Positions 1 to 15,126 of a stretch of DNA of 64,000 bases are shown piece after piece. The position numbers and the translations under genes are program-made. The stretch is taken from positions 62,001 to 126,000 of the forward strand of contig NMRA01000374.1 in NCBI GenBank assembly GCA_002633005.1, read 5' to 3'. Every line of letters begins with the position of its first letter. The first letter of the stretch is position 1. Below the pieces are notes generated by a model. The model was not told where the DNA came from, did not search any database, and worked only from the letters and a program-made list of their open reading frames with translations. The stretch comes from Phoronis australis. Taxonomy: Eukaryota > Animalia > Phoronida.

Positions 1-2562
1 CAGTTGTTTTATGTGCCGAAATCTCAATTGCGATCAAAATTCTAAGCCCTAAAATCTTTTATAATCTAAGTACGACACACGTGGAAACCAGTTTTACAGT
101 GGCGGATCTAGGAAAGAAGGTCGTCCACGATTTCATAAAGACAATCATGTCCGTTGTAACTTCAACGGCCCTGACCTTGTGGTGAGAAGGGCGGATCAGT
201 TTTCCATTTTGCGAAGGGGGCGTTACAGAATGTCATTTTTGCGTCGTGTGTCAAACACCTAAATTTCATTCTCATTGCTGTCAAGTATTCAAAATGCACG
301 CCCACACGAAAACATGGTCAATAAATTTTATGCTAAGCAATAAAGGATCCGAAGCTCCTGACAAAACATTGTTCGAGCCTCATTTGATTAACATAGTAGG
401 CGAAACATCGCCGCTGTCCATATGAAGTGAGAATGTTTAAATGATTTACTTCTTGTAGAACAGATTGGATATAAGTACACGGCCAAAACCCCCAGTTATC
501 TCCTTTTCAGTTTTTGCCCTAAATAGGGGAAATTATAGAACACCTGACCAAAAAATTGTAACCTTCACCGCAAGAAAACATGACTGCCAACAGACGATTT
601 TCAACATGTGCATGTGTGTAATTGAATTTAACTGAATTGGAAGACAAAAGGGTCCAAGAATGGAATAAAGTTTATTGACACGCACGACTAAACTTGCTGG
701 GCTCTCTGGTTTTCAATGTATTTTCACTCAAATGTTTTCTACAGCTTTCGCCTATAACTATCGGCTGGCAAGATACACATGGTGGCTACCAAACCTGCTG
801 TAAAGAAGGGTTGGTGAGCCAACTAACTATAGACACAGTTGATATGCTATTGCTAACGATGTCGACTTCAAAAGCTTATATTCGATGCAAATTAAAACTT
901 GCACACTAGTAAATCAAGAGATGACGACACTTTTACAGCCCCGTCCTTTGCATTTTCGATCTGCCCTTCTCACCGGTAGATCCTCCATCCCGACGAGGTA
1001 ATGTTCGTCCTTCTCGCTGGCAGTACGAACTTCATACAGGATGCATGCAGCCTATAAAGCCTGTGTGGTGTCGAGCGAAATTTAACTCAAATTCTGAAAT
1101 CACCCACCACGTCGTTCAAAGTCGCAGTGTTGCACGGAATTATTTCGGAAACCTGCTTCGTACTTAAACCTATTTCACATTCACTCTTACTAAATTCGTC
1201 ATAAATAATTTTTTCACCAACCCGGTACCATCGAGAAATTTATTTCCAAAAACACTTAAGTTAGTATAGGCTGTTAACATAATGTTCCATTTTTAGTGTT
1301 GCGCCAATAAAATGGACGCCCAAGAGAATGAGAATGTTTGACTAATAGGTACAGTACAAAACGGGCGGTAAATGGCCCATATGTTCAAGGCTGTAATTTG
1401 CTCTACCAACGCTTATTTTGTGTTCGAAACAGTAGAAACACGTCAGAAGTAACGTTGCTTAAGACCAAGAACTGTAGCAAAAGTTTGTGCGGCTTTTTAA
1501 AATTTTAATTCCATCAGCGTTTCTTTCGGAGTCTGCTAATCCTGTTGGCAAAAACTTCCTGGTTTTACTGATTTGCTGTAGACATTCTTTGGATTCCAAA
1601 GTATAGGAACGGTATGAACCACGAAGAAAAAAGAACGTTATTGCTTTCTGATCACGTTTTGTTTGATGCTCTGGCACGCTTCGGCTTTCACCCATGTTTA
1701 ACTTTGCGCACCTTGCGTTTCAAATCTGATGGAGTGTGGGAGGTGGTAAACTTGGGACGACAGAGAATACTGATATTGGTGGTGACGGGGTAGAGTGCTG
1801 GACAAATTTGTTTTCCTCACCTCCCCCGGCACACTGCCAAAATACTGCTTGCGCTACAGATCATATTCGAGACGCGTTAGTAATGGGTACAAGTCAATAC
1901 AAATTATATATTTATTAGATTTGTGTTTTGCGTTCAAGTCTACAGTTAAGTAGGCACAATATTTGATTTGTGGTTTTCTTGTGAGACGGCGATGTCAAAC
2001 AAAGGAGCCGCCTGCGATGCCTAATCTTCCCCTAGGTTAAATTCCATAACCAAAATGGTCGTGGTCTTTGTCAAAAACTTGGTCCTTAGTTATTACTAAT
2101 CCATTTCGGTGGCATCTTTATCTGAACCGGAGAAGATAAAAGGCAACACAAAGCCGGTGCTTGTATGTAACACCCATTGCCGGTTCCTTAAATCCATAAG
2201 GGGGCGTTTTAATGACATTTACCGAAGCTGACGATATTTGATCGCCGCTAATCAAATAGACCGCACTTCATCTATCAGTCTTGATACTGTCAGCTGGTTT
2301 TATCCGTTACATCAGCCTTGGATTCATAGGAATGCCCTGTGTCTGCAGTGCAAGGCCCCTCCGGCGTCTCGACTGAGCTAATGTTTCTATTTAAATGGAC
2401 GATTTGTTTGCTACCGGACATAATCTAGCTTGTTGGGATAAGCAAACACACCTGCTTTAGTTAACTTGATTGACAGATAATTTGCTTTTAGAGAATACCA
2501 GTCTAATTTGGGACCATGAATAAACTGGCAACAGACAAATCTAAGAAGAGAATAAAATAAAC

Positions 2563-2719
2563 CTGCCTCCCGTTCAGTAATGCTAGGACCTCGCTAAAAA
2601 GCAACACTTCGCGAGATTACGTGAGATATTGCCGTGCATTTTAAATGAGAGCACGTGACTTTGACTAGGTTTTAGCTAGGTCCTAGCGTAGGTCCTAGCG
2701 TCTACTGAACGCACGCCTG
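2563..2719. mobile_element. MITE, PIF/Harbinger-like; copy 1 of a family also at ~24787-24900
   Basis: Imperfect TIRs (cgttcagtaatgctaggacct ... aggtcctagcgtctactgaacg). The internal sequence is shared with 24787-24900 (ttttaaatgaga.cacgtga). Confidence 0.55.
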
Positions 2720-5700
2720 TTATGACTTACACTCTACCAGTCAATAAAAAGTCACACAAATGCCTTGAGATAACACATACAGGACTGTTGAGTACCTCGG
2801 TTTGATTTATATGGATGTGAGTAATCGAACAAAGTCTAAAAATAAGAAGCTGGTTTTTAGATTTATTGCGTGGATTTGATTTAAGTTAAACAGTTCGTAT
2901 TTGACTATGACCTTTCTAAATTACCCGCAAAAGTTTGTTAAGAATTGTTCTCGTGTGGCGGAGACTAAATAATCCCCGTGTCATTATGTCATCAGTCAAT
3001 CAAGCGATCGAAGAACGCATTTCTCATGCACTGAAAAGTTGGATTTTTTCTTAACACGAGAAAAATGTCAACACTATTTTGCCGGTGATTTCACGAATTC
3101 ACTCTGCGAAAACTGGTTCTGTCACCTTCTCTTTCTGAAAATGTACCTCATCAGACAGATGAAATCTTTATTCAGCAGAAGCAAGTTCTCTTCATGTCAC
3201 TTTTAGTGGCATATGGCGAGAAAAGTGGTTCTTTAGATCAGCCTCAGCGCGGCTTTGAACCTGGAACCTCAGTCGGAAAAATGAGGACTTTCAGTGTATT
3301 TAAATGGCAAATATTCAAGAAGTCTATCTCATCTAACAATAATCCTCAAAATACGTTTCTTGGCCTTAAAGCTGATAATATCCCTTTCAGTGGTACAGTT
3401 ACCGGTATACATTTCAGCGAAGTCTCGAAAACAATAGCGAGAATTGGAGATTTCTTATGAAACCACAAAAACGCAACGGATTACATTGTTGTAGCTGTGA
3501 AGCTAATAACTTCGGAAAAAGTCTGTCGCATCCAAAAGTAATCCCAAAATGTGGATTTCGGCCGTCAAAACTATTAAGTCGCTTTCATCAGGAAAACGTT
3601 TCCATGGATTTCGAGGTGAGCGATAGCCCACAGCCATCAACTCGCTTGAAGCGATAGTCACGTTTGCTGAAGGTCGCAGATTTCAGGAGTTATCAAACTT
3701 GCTTCACACGTGAGGGCCAATCAGCATACGAGCGTATGTCGTTTCAACAACCTGACAATCTCAGTCGTTATTTTCTCACTCTAAAAAATGGTACGCTCAT
3801 TGGATTTGGTGTCCTTTTAATAATGCTCTCTGTTCCAGCAAGCTGTCTGTAAACACTTGAACAAAATCAAAAACGTCAACCACTTCAACGTAATAACCGA
3901 TATTGACACACCATATGTGACGTTTGTCTGTGGTTTCAACCAAAAAATGCGTAATAAATAGATCTTCAGATTCCGGCTTTATTTAGCTCCCGTGAATTTC
4001 CGGAGTGGAGAAACACTTAAGCGGCCAGACTAAGATAAAGTTAGAATATAATTTAACTACATTGGTCTATCTAACTCGAAAGACAAGGGTCCAAACATGG
4101 GCGGCGTACCACTCAAATAAGTGGGGCAATAGTCCCCAAACCAGCCCCCTAGGGTGCGCTGCCCATGTCGATGGGCAGCGTAGCACTGAAATGAGTGAGG
4201 GGGGCTATAGTCCACCAGCCGCCTATGGTGGGCCGCCTATGCCACAACTCCACGGAATCTCATGTCCAATGGATGAACTCTGATGAAGACCTGCACGAAT
4301 ATGTAAAAAGGGTGTAACTTACAGTACGTGTACACAGGTTTAAATCCTCGTCGGTATCGGTTTGGTCTCCAGCTTTTACCGGCGCTGTCGGCTCAAACAC
4401 AAGCTTCATCTTTCATTCTTTTAAATATATAATTAATTTTTACGCGACCCAAAAAGTTAACAAACGGCTTAAAAGTTCGAAACAGTGTTATATAGGGTGG
4501 ACAGCTCATTGGTGCAGAATATGATCACAAAGAAAAGAGGTAGGTATGATCGTAATAAACTTTCACACAGCGGGGTGTTTTCACATTTTATTACAAACAT
4601 AGACACATTTTTGTACCACTCCTTCCATCGTAAAAGTGTTTTTTACTTCCATGTAGGTTGTATACCACCTACCACTGTGAAATTGGGCTCCAGTTTTTCT
4701 TTTTCAAATTGACTTTGGCTTTGGGAATTTCGGAAGACGTTACAGGTTGCTATCAGTTGCTACTATGCTTCAAAGTTGGCTTATCACGGCGTGTCACACC
4801 GCGCATTGGCTCACGGGATAAGGAACTGCCACTTCTTGCAACCGCAGAAATCAATTCTCGTTTTAGTGAAAAACAAGTTGTGGTCAATTTTATAGCGCTG
4901 AGTAGTCTAAATCAAAAATTCACTTCTTCGAAAGAACGCGTGTTTATAGCCGCTGGTAACTGAATTACAGACATTCATATGGTTAAACATGGAACATATT
5001 TTTAAGGTTGTGGAGGACCTTAACGACACGTCTACGTATCTACGAAACTATACGTTATAACTCAAAAAGCCAGTATGCCGTTAGTAAAGTTACGTTGCCA
5101 ATTTTTAGTAAAATTTAAAAACCTAGAAGGAAGGCACATGGATTGCAAACAACGGTATCGGCTAATACCAATGTGAATGATTGAGATGAAATCTCAAATA
5201 CGCTGTTTCAATTTTCTAAATTATTATTTCGTTTTCTGATATACAACTTTTTTCATCGAAACCATAAAAGTGTAATTTTGATACCCCGTCGTGGAACACT
5301 TAAAAGAAAATTCCTAACATTGTTTTGGAGAACAGCGCATAAAGTATGGGACTTTTCGAAATCATCCATCTCCGAGATGTGATGTTACCAAGTTGGCCAA
5401 ATTTGAACATTTTTCTAACGTCCTACGTGTACGTAACCTTAAGCTTGAATGTTGTTCCAAACAAAAGTACAATAGTGGGCTTGCCGCCAAACAGCAGATA
5501 ACTTTGATCGACTGCTAGAAATGAAAACAGCTGTGATATACAACACAGCAAATCGGAAATTCAATGGCAAAAGAAGCCCTCTTAATAATTTCTGAAACCA
5601 TTCGAGATAAAATCTCACGGACGTAAAAATGCTCCACCGTTTTGTCTTAAGTTCAATTTTTAAATCCAATTGACAATTTATTTTTTTCTCACGAAGCACG

Positions 5701-8016
5701 TGGGCCTGTCTGTCTTCAATTCATTCTGCATGCAAATGCCAAAAATAACTCGGCTTCACAGTTGCACTTCATTGAGCACCGTGTTGACAAATTTTACTTT
5801 GTTTTTATGCTCATTCTAAAAGTGAACAAATTCCTCAGTGTGATTGCGTATGTTAACACAGTTATCTGTGCACGGCACTTGAACCTAAGTTCCCGTTGAC
5901 GGACGGTTGTTGCCGGGTCAGTGTCCGGCATGCATTGCATGACGACAGACACGGTCCACGTAGTACATTTTAATAAATAATCAAAACCAGCAAAAATCGT
6001 CGACTATGTCACAAACCCAGGAACATCAGAGAGGAGTTTAGTTGTAACTGCGTTTGACAGAAGGAGACACAACCTTGCAGCAGGCTTTCATGTCATTCGA
6101 ACGGTAAAATACCGCAGGGGAAAATTGATTAATCCCATACGTAACAACCCTTTTAGTGATTGCCGAACAACCCACATCAATCTTAGCGAAGATGCTTTTA
6201 TTATAAGTGCTAATGCAACGAATTACAAAGGGTAAATACTCGAACGCCTCGGTCAAATTGTAACTGTTTTTCACTTCTTATTTGTCCATTTCAATCGCGG
6301 CTTTTCAATAGAGCAGCGGCCGAAGACGGAAATATTTGTCCTTTTAATATGATCTTTTCAGTAAAGAGATGGGTAATTTTTTCAATAATTCGAAAGGTCC
6401 ATAATTGGTTGCAAATGAATTCAGCTGGAAGAATTGCTAACTTACTTTACATTTTGCACCTTCACAATGGACTCTTTGCGTTTAAAACACACGCAGCGTT
6501 CGGTTTCTTTGATGAAACTGAGCACTTAGTGCGCGCACATGTACATACATAAAGGGGTTTAGTGTTTCCCTCCGGCTAAGGGATTATATTCGTCTGGCCT
6601 TCTCGACTCGCTATTAAAAATCTTATTGGAGCATTAACGCCAAATAGGCATGCAGCAAAAAGTTCTTAAACAATTTGCTCTAGATTGTTTGGGCCACTTC
6701 TTAAAATTCATGTCAGTCATTCGCTGCCCACATAAACTGGCACGACTCGATTCATAGAATAACATCTAAGAGGACGTTTCGTAATCCTAGTGGTGGGAAG
6801 AAAAAAATAACGCCGACCACTGATATTTACTGAAAACGAACAAGGCCCAAAGCGCAAGCCCTTCATAAGAGTTGCTGGGCCAATCTTAGAAGAGCATTCA
6901 GACCACCTCGGATATTTTCGTAGCCTTAAATCCCCCCCTCCCCCTCTCGCAGGTGAACGTTATCTGCGCGTGTGTGAAGCCAATCATTCTTCGGTTTTAA
7001 ATTCGTAGGACTTGCCGTGTGACTTAAGTCGGCACATGCGCACATAATTTCGGAAGTGAACCTTTTCTCCGCATGTACAAACTTCAGTCATAAGGCCAAC
7101 CATTCTCCAACTTGAAAGTCATATGGCTATGTTAGTGAAATACGCAAACGCATAGACAACATTCCTCAGAGGGTAAATTTGAGGCAACGATCATACTCGA
7201 GGTGTTCCGAATGTTGGAATACGCAACGTAGGAACTAAACACCAAAAAACGAAATCAAAGACCCGTATAACAAATCCTAACCCCGTTTCGAGTGTTATAG
7301 ACGCATCTGAACAACGTGCCTAAAACTGTGTCTGCTTAATTGGCAATTTTTATGCACATACTTGCTAATAGTCATCTCTAGAATGGTGATACGGTGAAAG
7401 AAGTATGTTTTGACTCGTAGAATTCCATGTGTTGGTATTAGCGCCCATGCTCTCATTTGGGAATCCACAGGAAAAGTATAGTCGAATCGTTTTAGCTGAC
7501 GCCTGGCATTATATCCAATGAGTAACTGCTCAAATACGCGTGTTCTTTCAACCAATGACTGAGAAGTCGCATCCATCATCCCTCTGGTGTTATTAGCGGT
7601 GCTACGAGTAGTAATACGGTAAAGAAATCGTGAATCTGGCTTCTCGTTGGTTACAACAATTAAGAAACATTCGAACATTCTGATTGGTTGGAAATTAAAA
7701 TTTAGACATGATGCCGATTGTTCGCAAGTTGAGATTTAAATGCCTCTGTGCTTTCCTACGGCTACTACAAGAGCAGACTAAATCGATGCATTTCACCAAA
7801 TACAAACATTCACTATACTTTTTCGAATCATTCCTTGCCTATTGGTTTACGTCTAACGCCCAAACTAAAGTGTTTGCACAAGTACCGACACGCACACACG
7901 GAATTTTGCGCGTCAAAACGTCGATCCTTGCATAGTAGCATTCTTCTAGAGATACTGCCATGTTCCCAAGGAACTGGAGTTGACGCCCAGCTCTACACAA
8001 TCATTTAGTCATGGGA

Positions 8017-8100
8017 TTTTAAGGTATCACTGTGTCGTCAGCGCCACTGTTGACATTTTAAGGTATCACTGTGTCGTCAGCGCCACTGTTGACATTTTAA
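8017..8100. repeat. 39-bp tandem duplication
   Basis: ttttaaggtatcactgtgtcgtcagcgccactgttgaca occurs twice head-to-tail. Confidence 0.85.
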
Positions 8101-8942
8101 AAACCAAAAGTTGAGAAAAATTGCCATCTTGTCCACATTTTCCACCTCTCCCAGACATGCAAAACGATTCTGAAAAAGCCCCATGCGAGCTTTTTAGAGC
8201 ATTGTTTCCGAAAGAACTCAACTTGAGGCTTCTGTTGGATGTGGCTCTTTCAAGTACGTGTCAAGATGCCTCTAAATTTTAGGTACGACTTTCTAAAGCC
8301 TAGTGACGAGCAAACAGGTTACAAACTTGCGGTGCAAGGTCCAAACCTACGCTCTTTAAGATAAATTCCACGTGTTTCGCCGAAAACACTTCCTACGCAG
8401 CGACCAAACTTCAGTTCACGGCGAGAACCAGATTCCTCACCCGAATTTTAGGGCCGGCGCTTGTGTGAATTTTTTAAACAGGCGTGATTTTGGCGATTCG
8501 TCCGGGACAAGGCTGGTTGGTGCCTGTAGTTTGATTTGCAGGTACGACCGTGGAGTTGTTTACACCCCGCAAATGCTCCACCGTTCTTCATCGTTTACCT
8601 CGTAATAGCTCTATATCTATTACCGGGTAACCTCATAACTCAGAAGCAAAGTTGCGTAGTGTGGGATGTGACAACCCCAATAGCCACAATACCAAAAAAA
8701 CGTAAGGCAAGTGCGCAGTCGGTTAGAGACTGAAATATGCGAATTGTAAGGAAAACTGGTCGCAACCGGAAAATAGAGTCTCTATCAGAGGTAGAATTTT
8801 GGGGCATTTTTCTGTAACTCCGGCCCCCTCCATGTCAAACACGATTTGCGCCCTTGTTTAAGTACTCAATGCTCATTCTATGAACGAGCTTAGTGAAAAA
8901 GACATATGATCTTCATTTGAAATCAGGTTACCTTATTTTCAG

Positions 8943-8981
8943 GTCCAAAGGATAAAGACGAGAAACCTCCAAAGTCGAAAG
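8943..8981 (+). CDS. FRZB: sFRP3/4 (FRZB)-like, linker micro-exon (GPKDKDEKPPKSK)
   Basis: Acceptor ttattttcag| and donor |gtatga; 39 nt, phase 1/1. Joins in frame to the 13806 exon and matches the short CRD-NTR linker exon of FRZB genes. Confidence 0.6.
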
Positions 8982-9939
8982 GTATGACATAGGCATAGTC
9001 AAAGGGGACCATAATGCTTAATTTCCGTATGACCTTATCTTTGCGTAGATGTATTCTATTGAAGTCTCAACTCTTGCCAATGTGTAAACTGTCGAATATG
9101 TTCACTGCAATGAGTGGTGCAGCTGAGAATCTCAGTTTGCTTTAAAACACATTTATCATTTTTCATAAATTGTAATCGGTAAATTGAAATTAATACGTTT
9201 ATTTAGATAACTGACATTGCTATATTTTCCCAATCTGATTGCATGAGATTTGAAACCCGATATGGTCGAGGCCTCAAAAAAAATCGTTCAGTTCTACAAT
9301 GAGAGATTTCTACATACAATGTTTGATTTCACCTCACGAAGAGGATTGGAAGCGCTGGATTTACTTCAAGAGGCATTTACGGTTGGAGTGCACTGTTCCG
9401 GGATGGCGTTGTCGTAAAAGTCAAAGTTTTTATTTGTTATTTCACCCTGAAACACTACATCGTATTGAGTTCTATTTATTTTAGGCTTCACGATTCCAGA
9501 CGGGCACTGAATAATCAATACATTAACCTTTACTTGAAAGTTCCATAACACATTTTCTTCAAGAAGACTTGGGGCATTAGTTGAGACCTGCTTAAAATCC
9601 ATACGTTATCACTTGGCATATTACGCACACTGGGATTTGGGAAATGTCGTTTCTCATTGGCCGATCTGGGATGCCACAAGAGGGCATGAAGCACAATTTC
9701 CGAAGTTTAATGTCCGCGTATAATCACAATACAAAGCACATAACAATAGATACTGGCCTAATAATTTGAGTTCGTATAGAAGCTGTATGTAGTACCTGAG
9801 GCGTAGAACAGAAAATGTGACCATGGGCAGCGCTGCACTGAAATAAGTCGGGCTATAGCCACCNCCCCCCCCCCAGCCCCCTATGGTGCGCCGCCCGATG
9901 ATGTCGCTAACGAGTATGGTGACATGTCGAACGGTTACC

Positions 9940-10095
9940 AGGCGCGGATCCAGGATTTTGAGTTAGGGGGTACCAGGGCGGAGTATTAGCCAGGATTTTG
10001 GCCGTCAGACATTCGCAACCCCGAACGGCCAAATGAAATCTAGGAGAATTTTAGGGGGGCATAGCCCCCTTGGCCTTCCTCTAAATCAGCCACTG
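9940..10095. mobile_element. Short GC-ended MITE remnant (cagtggcggatc-type termini)
   Basis: caggcgcggatccagg ... ctaaatcagccactg. Related ends occur at ~97-220 and ~31540-31577. Confidence 0.45.
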
Positions 10096-12898
10096 ATTAC
10101 ACGAGTTTAGAGCTGTTTAGCGGCCGTGCACAAGCGTACACCAGCGAAATGGTCGCTGCTGAAAACAGGTTTGATAGCTACACTGGAAATTTGAATTTTT
10201 GATATATACTACACTCTTTCCCAGCGGTACGCAGTAGCACTATCAAGGGATTGTGAATGTGACTTCTCGCTAGGTATAAGAACTAAAAACATTCGGACAT
10301 TCCGATTGGCTGCAGCTTCACCGTCGGACATTCCGATTTCAAAAGGATTTCAAATTCAAATTTCACATTTTGTCAAATGTGCCTTTGTTTAAGCAGATGG
10401 AAAAACTAAGGTGGTAACCCCCACATTTTGTTGCAAATTGACTAGAAATCGGCACAGCCTGAAGCAATGAATATTAATGCTCGATCAACTGAAACGGTGT
10501 CGAACACTTCGGAAGGCAACTGTCCAAATTACTCTGGTTATTCAGACGGTTGTTGTCTCATCAAACAAGCGCAGTGTGATTTTAAACGTGTCTTGAAAAG
10601 GACCCTTGAGAACCTAAAACTTCATTAAAAAAGTTTTCGAAGTAGCATGATCTAATAGATAATGGTGCATACATATATGCAAATGCTTGCCTACATACGA
10701 CCAAGCTACAACATCGTGTGGTCAATGTAATCCACCAAGCAGTCAACAGGCGGCCCGGCATGCGTGCGTTTCTCTTTCGCCATGCTAAAATGGAAAAATC
10801 ATGTTTTCTTAACTTTGTTAAATGTCAACATTCTAAGCACTTAGCGTTATACATTTGTGGCTGTAACCTCGCCCTGACCCATCTTTTAATGACTTAGGCA
10901 ATCACTAGACTTTGGAAGCCTAGTAAAAATGTGACTTAACGAAACAGTACACGACAATAGAATTTTTTGAATGAGAGGCAATACTGACGCTTTTAGGCAT
11001 CTGTGGTGGCAAAATTTTCTATAGTACCGATTATTAAAATGGATTAACAAAATTGCCGAGTGCAAACTCGAGACATTAATCTTGGCTCGCTAATGGTTAT
11101 GCTTTGGTATATTACTTACAGGATATCCGTTCAGTAATTTACGTTGCTAACTCTAAAGCGTTGTGTTTGTTTTGATTTGTCTGGCGGATTTCGAAGACTG
11201 TGACTAAACGTTTTGGCTCTGATTCACAGACGAAAAATCAACTATTTAGTTTATTTTTCTCAACGGAAAAACAAGAGTCCTGGGTACATTTAGCAAGTTA
11301 CTAATGTAATCAAAGAGTAATAAAGTTTGCCAAATTCGCTAAATGGTATACACATTAGTGGTACTGAAGCAATTTCAACATGACAATCGGTTGGCAAGAA
11401 TTGACGCTAATGACTGAGTATCATTATGGAGGTTGAAAGGGCCATGCAATTAATTACCAAAACAGACGGTTAATTTTACGAAGTAAGCTCCTTATACTAT
11501 TTGGCTGAATTGGTCGTTTTACATACAATTATCTGTAAAAATACATATGTTAGTGTGTGAATATTCTCTTAGAATTCCCACTTCCCGGAATCAATTCTTC
11601 CCGTGTGCGGAGGTGGACAAAAGCAGTGTGTGGTTGACGTACAGTAGTTTTTGAAATGTAGGGCCACTACCAGACTATTATGAGCTCAGTCGGACAAGTG
11701 GAGATCGATTTATCACGCCTCACTCAGCTATACGAGTTCATTGATATCTACATTGTAACTAGCGGCGCAACATTGAAATTTTATGGGAGACAGAACAGCA
11801 AGTGGCAATCTAATCGTAATACATAATTGTGATGAGCACGATAAGTGCCCTACGGGCGCACAGCATTGTGGGTTTTCAAAATGCCGCACAATCTGGGTGA
11901 GTATGATCACAGTGTTATTTCAGGAAGTGGCCACAGACCTTGGCTCAGTCCCGTTTTTTTATTGCTACACAAATAAATGGCAATACATTAAATACAAATA
12001 TTTTTCCCAGAAAGCGAATCATTATATCCAGGCTTTTAACTATGAGACAATGACTCCACACTTAAGCAAAACATAGCAAATATACCAAAAGTAAAGAGGA
12101 CAAAAGACAAGAACAAAATCATACGGCAGTTCCGTAGACAACAATGTGCATATTGATGTACTCGACACAAATTGTCGCCTGGACGACAATATATGCTGAG
12201 ACAATGTGATAATACATACCATCATTATTGATACATGCTGTCACCCAGGCGGCAATAAGTGTCAGTGTTCTGCAATAATATGTACAGTAAACACCGGCAC
12301 ATATGTTGTGGCGCCCCGCAACTGTAAGATACTCTGCTTACCAGAGTTTTCGTTACAAAACCGGATCCAGAGCCGCCGAAGGAAGCCTAGGGAACAAAGC
12401 TCAAAACGAGGTTGTAGCACGTTGAACGTAGAAAAAAGGCGGGAGATTGTTTGTGGCGATGATAGCCAGACCTTGTGGCAGCCTCGTTTCTGGAAGCGTT
12501 GATTTTGCGAGTGGGAACGTAGGGGGTGATAAAGACGTGGTTTAAGGCCCCCTACTCGAACTCTGGATCCGGAGATATGTCCCCTGTCGAATCCACCTCA
12601 TCTACAGGCAGAGTCTGCCCATGTCTTCGCTCAGGCCCTCACGCAGTGCTCCATAGGACTACCTGTACAAAGCCATGCGATTACGCTCAAGGTAGATGCT
12701 TTAAATAGCGGATGGCAATAAGTACCATCACGATGTGACACCATGTATTGTCGCACTCAACGTAGCTGGGTGTGACAGTAAATGCCGTGAACTGAAACGC
12801 ATACTGTCGGCCCGGGCGAACATATGTGTCGATGTGACGACATGCATGTATGTTGTTGCATTCGGCGTGTAGGCCTGTGAAGAGAGCGGCAGTATATA

Positions 12899-13302
12899 GC
12901 GCCGTTTACACTACAAAAGTTGACACGGATCAGCTGACACGGAACGAGATGTTCCAGTGTGTAAACGGGGCTGACACGGAGCAAACTGACACCGCGGTGA
13001 CAACTTTTGCCACCCGTTTTGTGAGGTGGGGCAATTTGCGGACGAACATCTTGCTCCGTGTCAAATAGATGTCTAGACGCGAAACTTGGGCAAGGCGGAA
13101 AGGATCATCTCCACAGCGCTTGTGCAATGACCTACATACGGGCTTTCTGTCTGTGCAACTCCCACTATTTGAAAACCTGCGCATTTGCATTCCACTCCCC
13201 ACGCCACAGTTAATGAAATTGCGTGTGTAAACGGCCACTTGACACCGATCAAGTTGCTCCGTGTCAGATGCGCTGGATCAAAAGTTGATGTTTAAACGGG
13301 AC
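12899..13302. mobile_element. PIF/Harbinger-like MITE with internal inverted repeats
   Basis: gccgtttacac/gtgtaaacgg motifs at both ends and internally; repeated tgacacgga/tccgtgtca units. Confidence 0.6.
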
Positions 13303-13805
13303 TTTTGTCATAACTGAGATGCAAGAATCGCGTGAAGGAAAGAGCGCGATCACGTGCCTTACTTAAAATACATGGCGACATCTCTAAGTTTTGCGATCTT
13401 GCGTTTTCGCGAGATACTCGCGTCTATGGAATTCACGCCTCTTTACGGATTGTGAGAAACGTCGTGCTCGCAAAGGATCGTGGGATAGCGGTCATCCCGT
13501 GCTCTGCCTACAGACGTAGATATACGACCTGTCAGTAAAGATCAATTTGTTTTAGTTGAACTTCAAGCTGACATTTCTTCAGGTTATCATGGATACGAGT
13601 AATTAATTAGTGCCATGTACAAAAAATGACTGCCAGCTTACCGAGCAGACGATCGCCTGACACACTTTCTGAATTCTGGATTAACTTGCATCCCACAAAT
13701 TTGTCGTCTGGAAGCGCATACAAATCTTTACTATTCGTAAAAAGGTCATTTTTCGACATTTTATGTGTACATGTTATTTATTTAGGAATACATTGTACAT
13801 TTCAG

Positions 13806-13874
13806 GCAAATGCAAATGTAAGAAAAGTAAAAAGCCAAAGAGAAAAATTTATACAACGAAAGGATATCATTACG
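13806..13874 (+). CDS. FRZB: sFRP3/4 (FRZB)-like, start of the NTR domain (KCKCKKSKKPKRKIYTTKGYHY)
   Basis: tttcag|...|gtgagt; 69 nt, phase 1/1. Matches FRZB [21 protein letters not shown], with an intron after the tyrosine. Confidence 0.8.
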
Positions 13875-15126
13875 GTGAGTAGACACTGCTGAAAGACTTA
13901 AACTTGTCCTAGCTCCGGGCTGTTACACTTAAAAAAAGTCAGAACAGACTATCGCCATACTCTAGTGCAGTCCAAAATCAACTAACATTGCATTCATTAG
14001 TAAACATTTTTTTGAGTTTCCTCAAAGAAAATTTAGCGTAGAGTTTTCATCGAAGCAGACCTCATTTATTGCGACTGCTGGCGTCATCAGTCGAGAGGTA
14101 AACTTGAGTCCATGAACCGATGGCGGTTTTTATGTTTTGGTTGGTGTTGGAAAGAATGCTCTCAAGATAAAGAAAATCATGAAACCGATTTGTATATGAT
14201 GAATTTATGCACATTGATTCACGTTGTTTTGACTACAGTTGGATTTTCAAAGTTATGGCTCATCTGAGCACAACGCAGCTGAACTAGGTTTTTGTTCGAT
14301 AACCTATTACGTCATATGGCAAGATGGCCTTTTGGAAACTTTTATGTTATCCAGGATAGACCACTCTTTGCTATATTGGCTAAAGCAGTCACACAAATGC
14401 ACGTTAAACGACCAATCGAAAAAATAGGTTTCGTCAGCACTTTCTAGTTTAGGTCACGTAAAATTGCCACTGATAGACCAGACTGATGACGTAGGGCACT
14501 AGGAAAAAACAGGTAAATTTAAAATGATTTAGAGTGTTTCATGGAATCAATAAGTGCAATTTGTGGAATATGGAATAAAAATCAAGAACCGAGGTAATCA
14601 GGTGGAAGTTAGACTGGCCATTTGATAAAAATTAAATATTTTTGAACGATCTTTCACCTTTGCTAAAGGATAAGTTAAGGATGTGTTTTACGTGTATTGC
14701 TATTAGCTTGTTAAAAAAGCGCTTTTGTTCGGTGCAACTCAAAATATGCTTGGTGAAGGGACATCGTCGGTGTCGGAATTGCTGAATGACTCGATAGACT
14801 TCTTGAACTTACTAGCTTTGACCGGAGTTATTAAACAACAACATACGTTGTGTCTTTTGTGATTTTATTTCGTTTCTTTAAATCTCACCTTAGTCTGTCA
14901 GACATTCATTGATATCAAGGCAAGTGTCTACCGTTTTTAACACCATAAACTATTATATTATATTATATCACGTGGGATTTGGCTCAACGATAGGGAGCAA
15001 ATGGGTTCAATTCTACGCTACAGCTAGCTTCTGTAAAACGACTTTTCTGAACACCGACACTGTCCCTGTAAAAACCCTCGTGGTATATGCTTCGATGAAC
15101 ATGGACACAGTGCGTTGTATTTTCAG

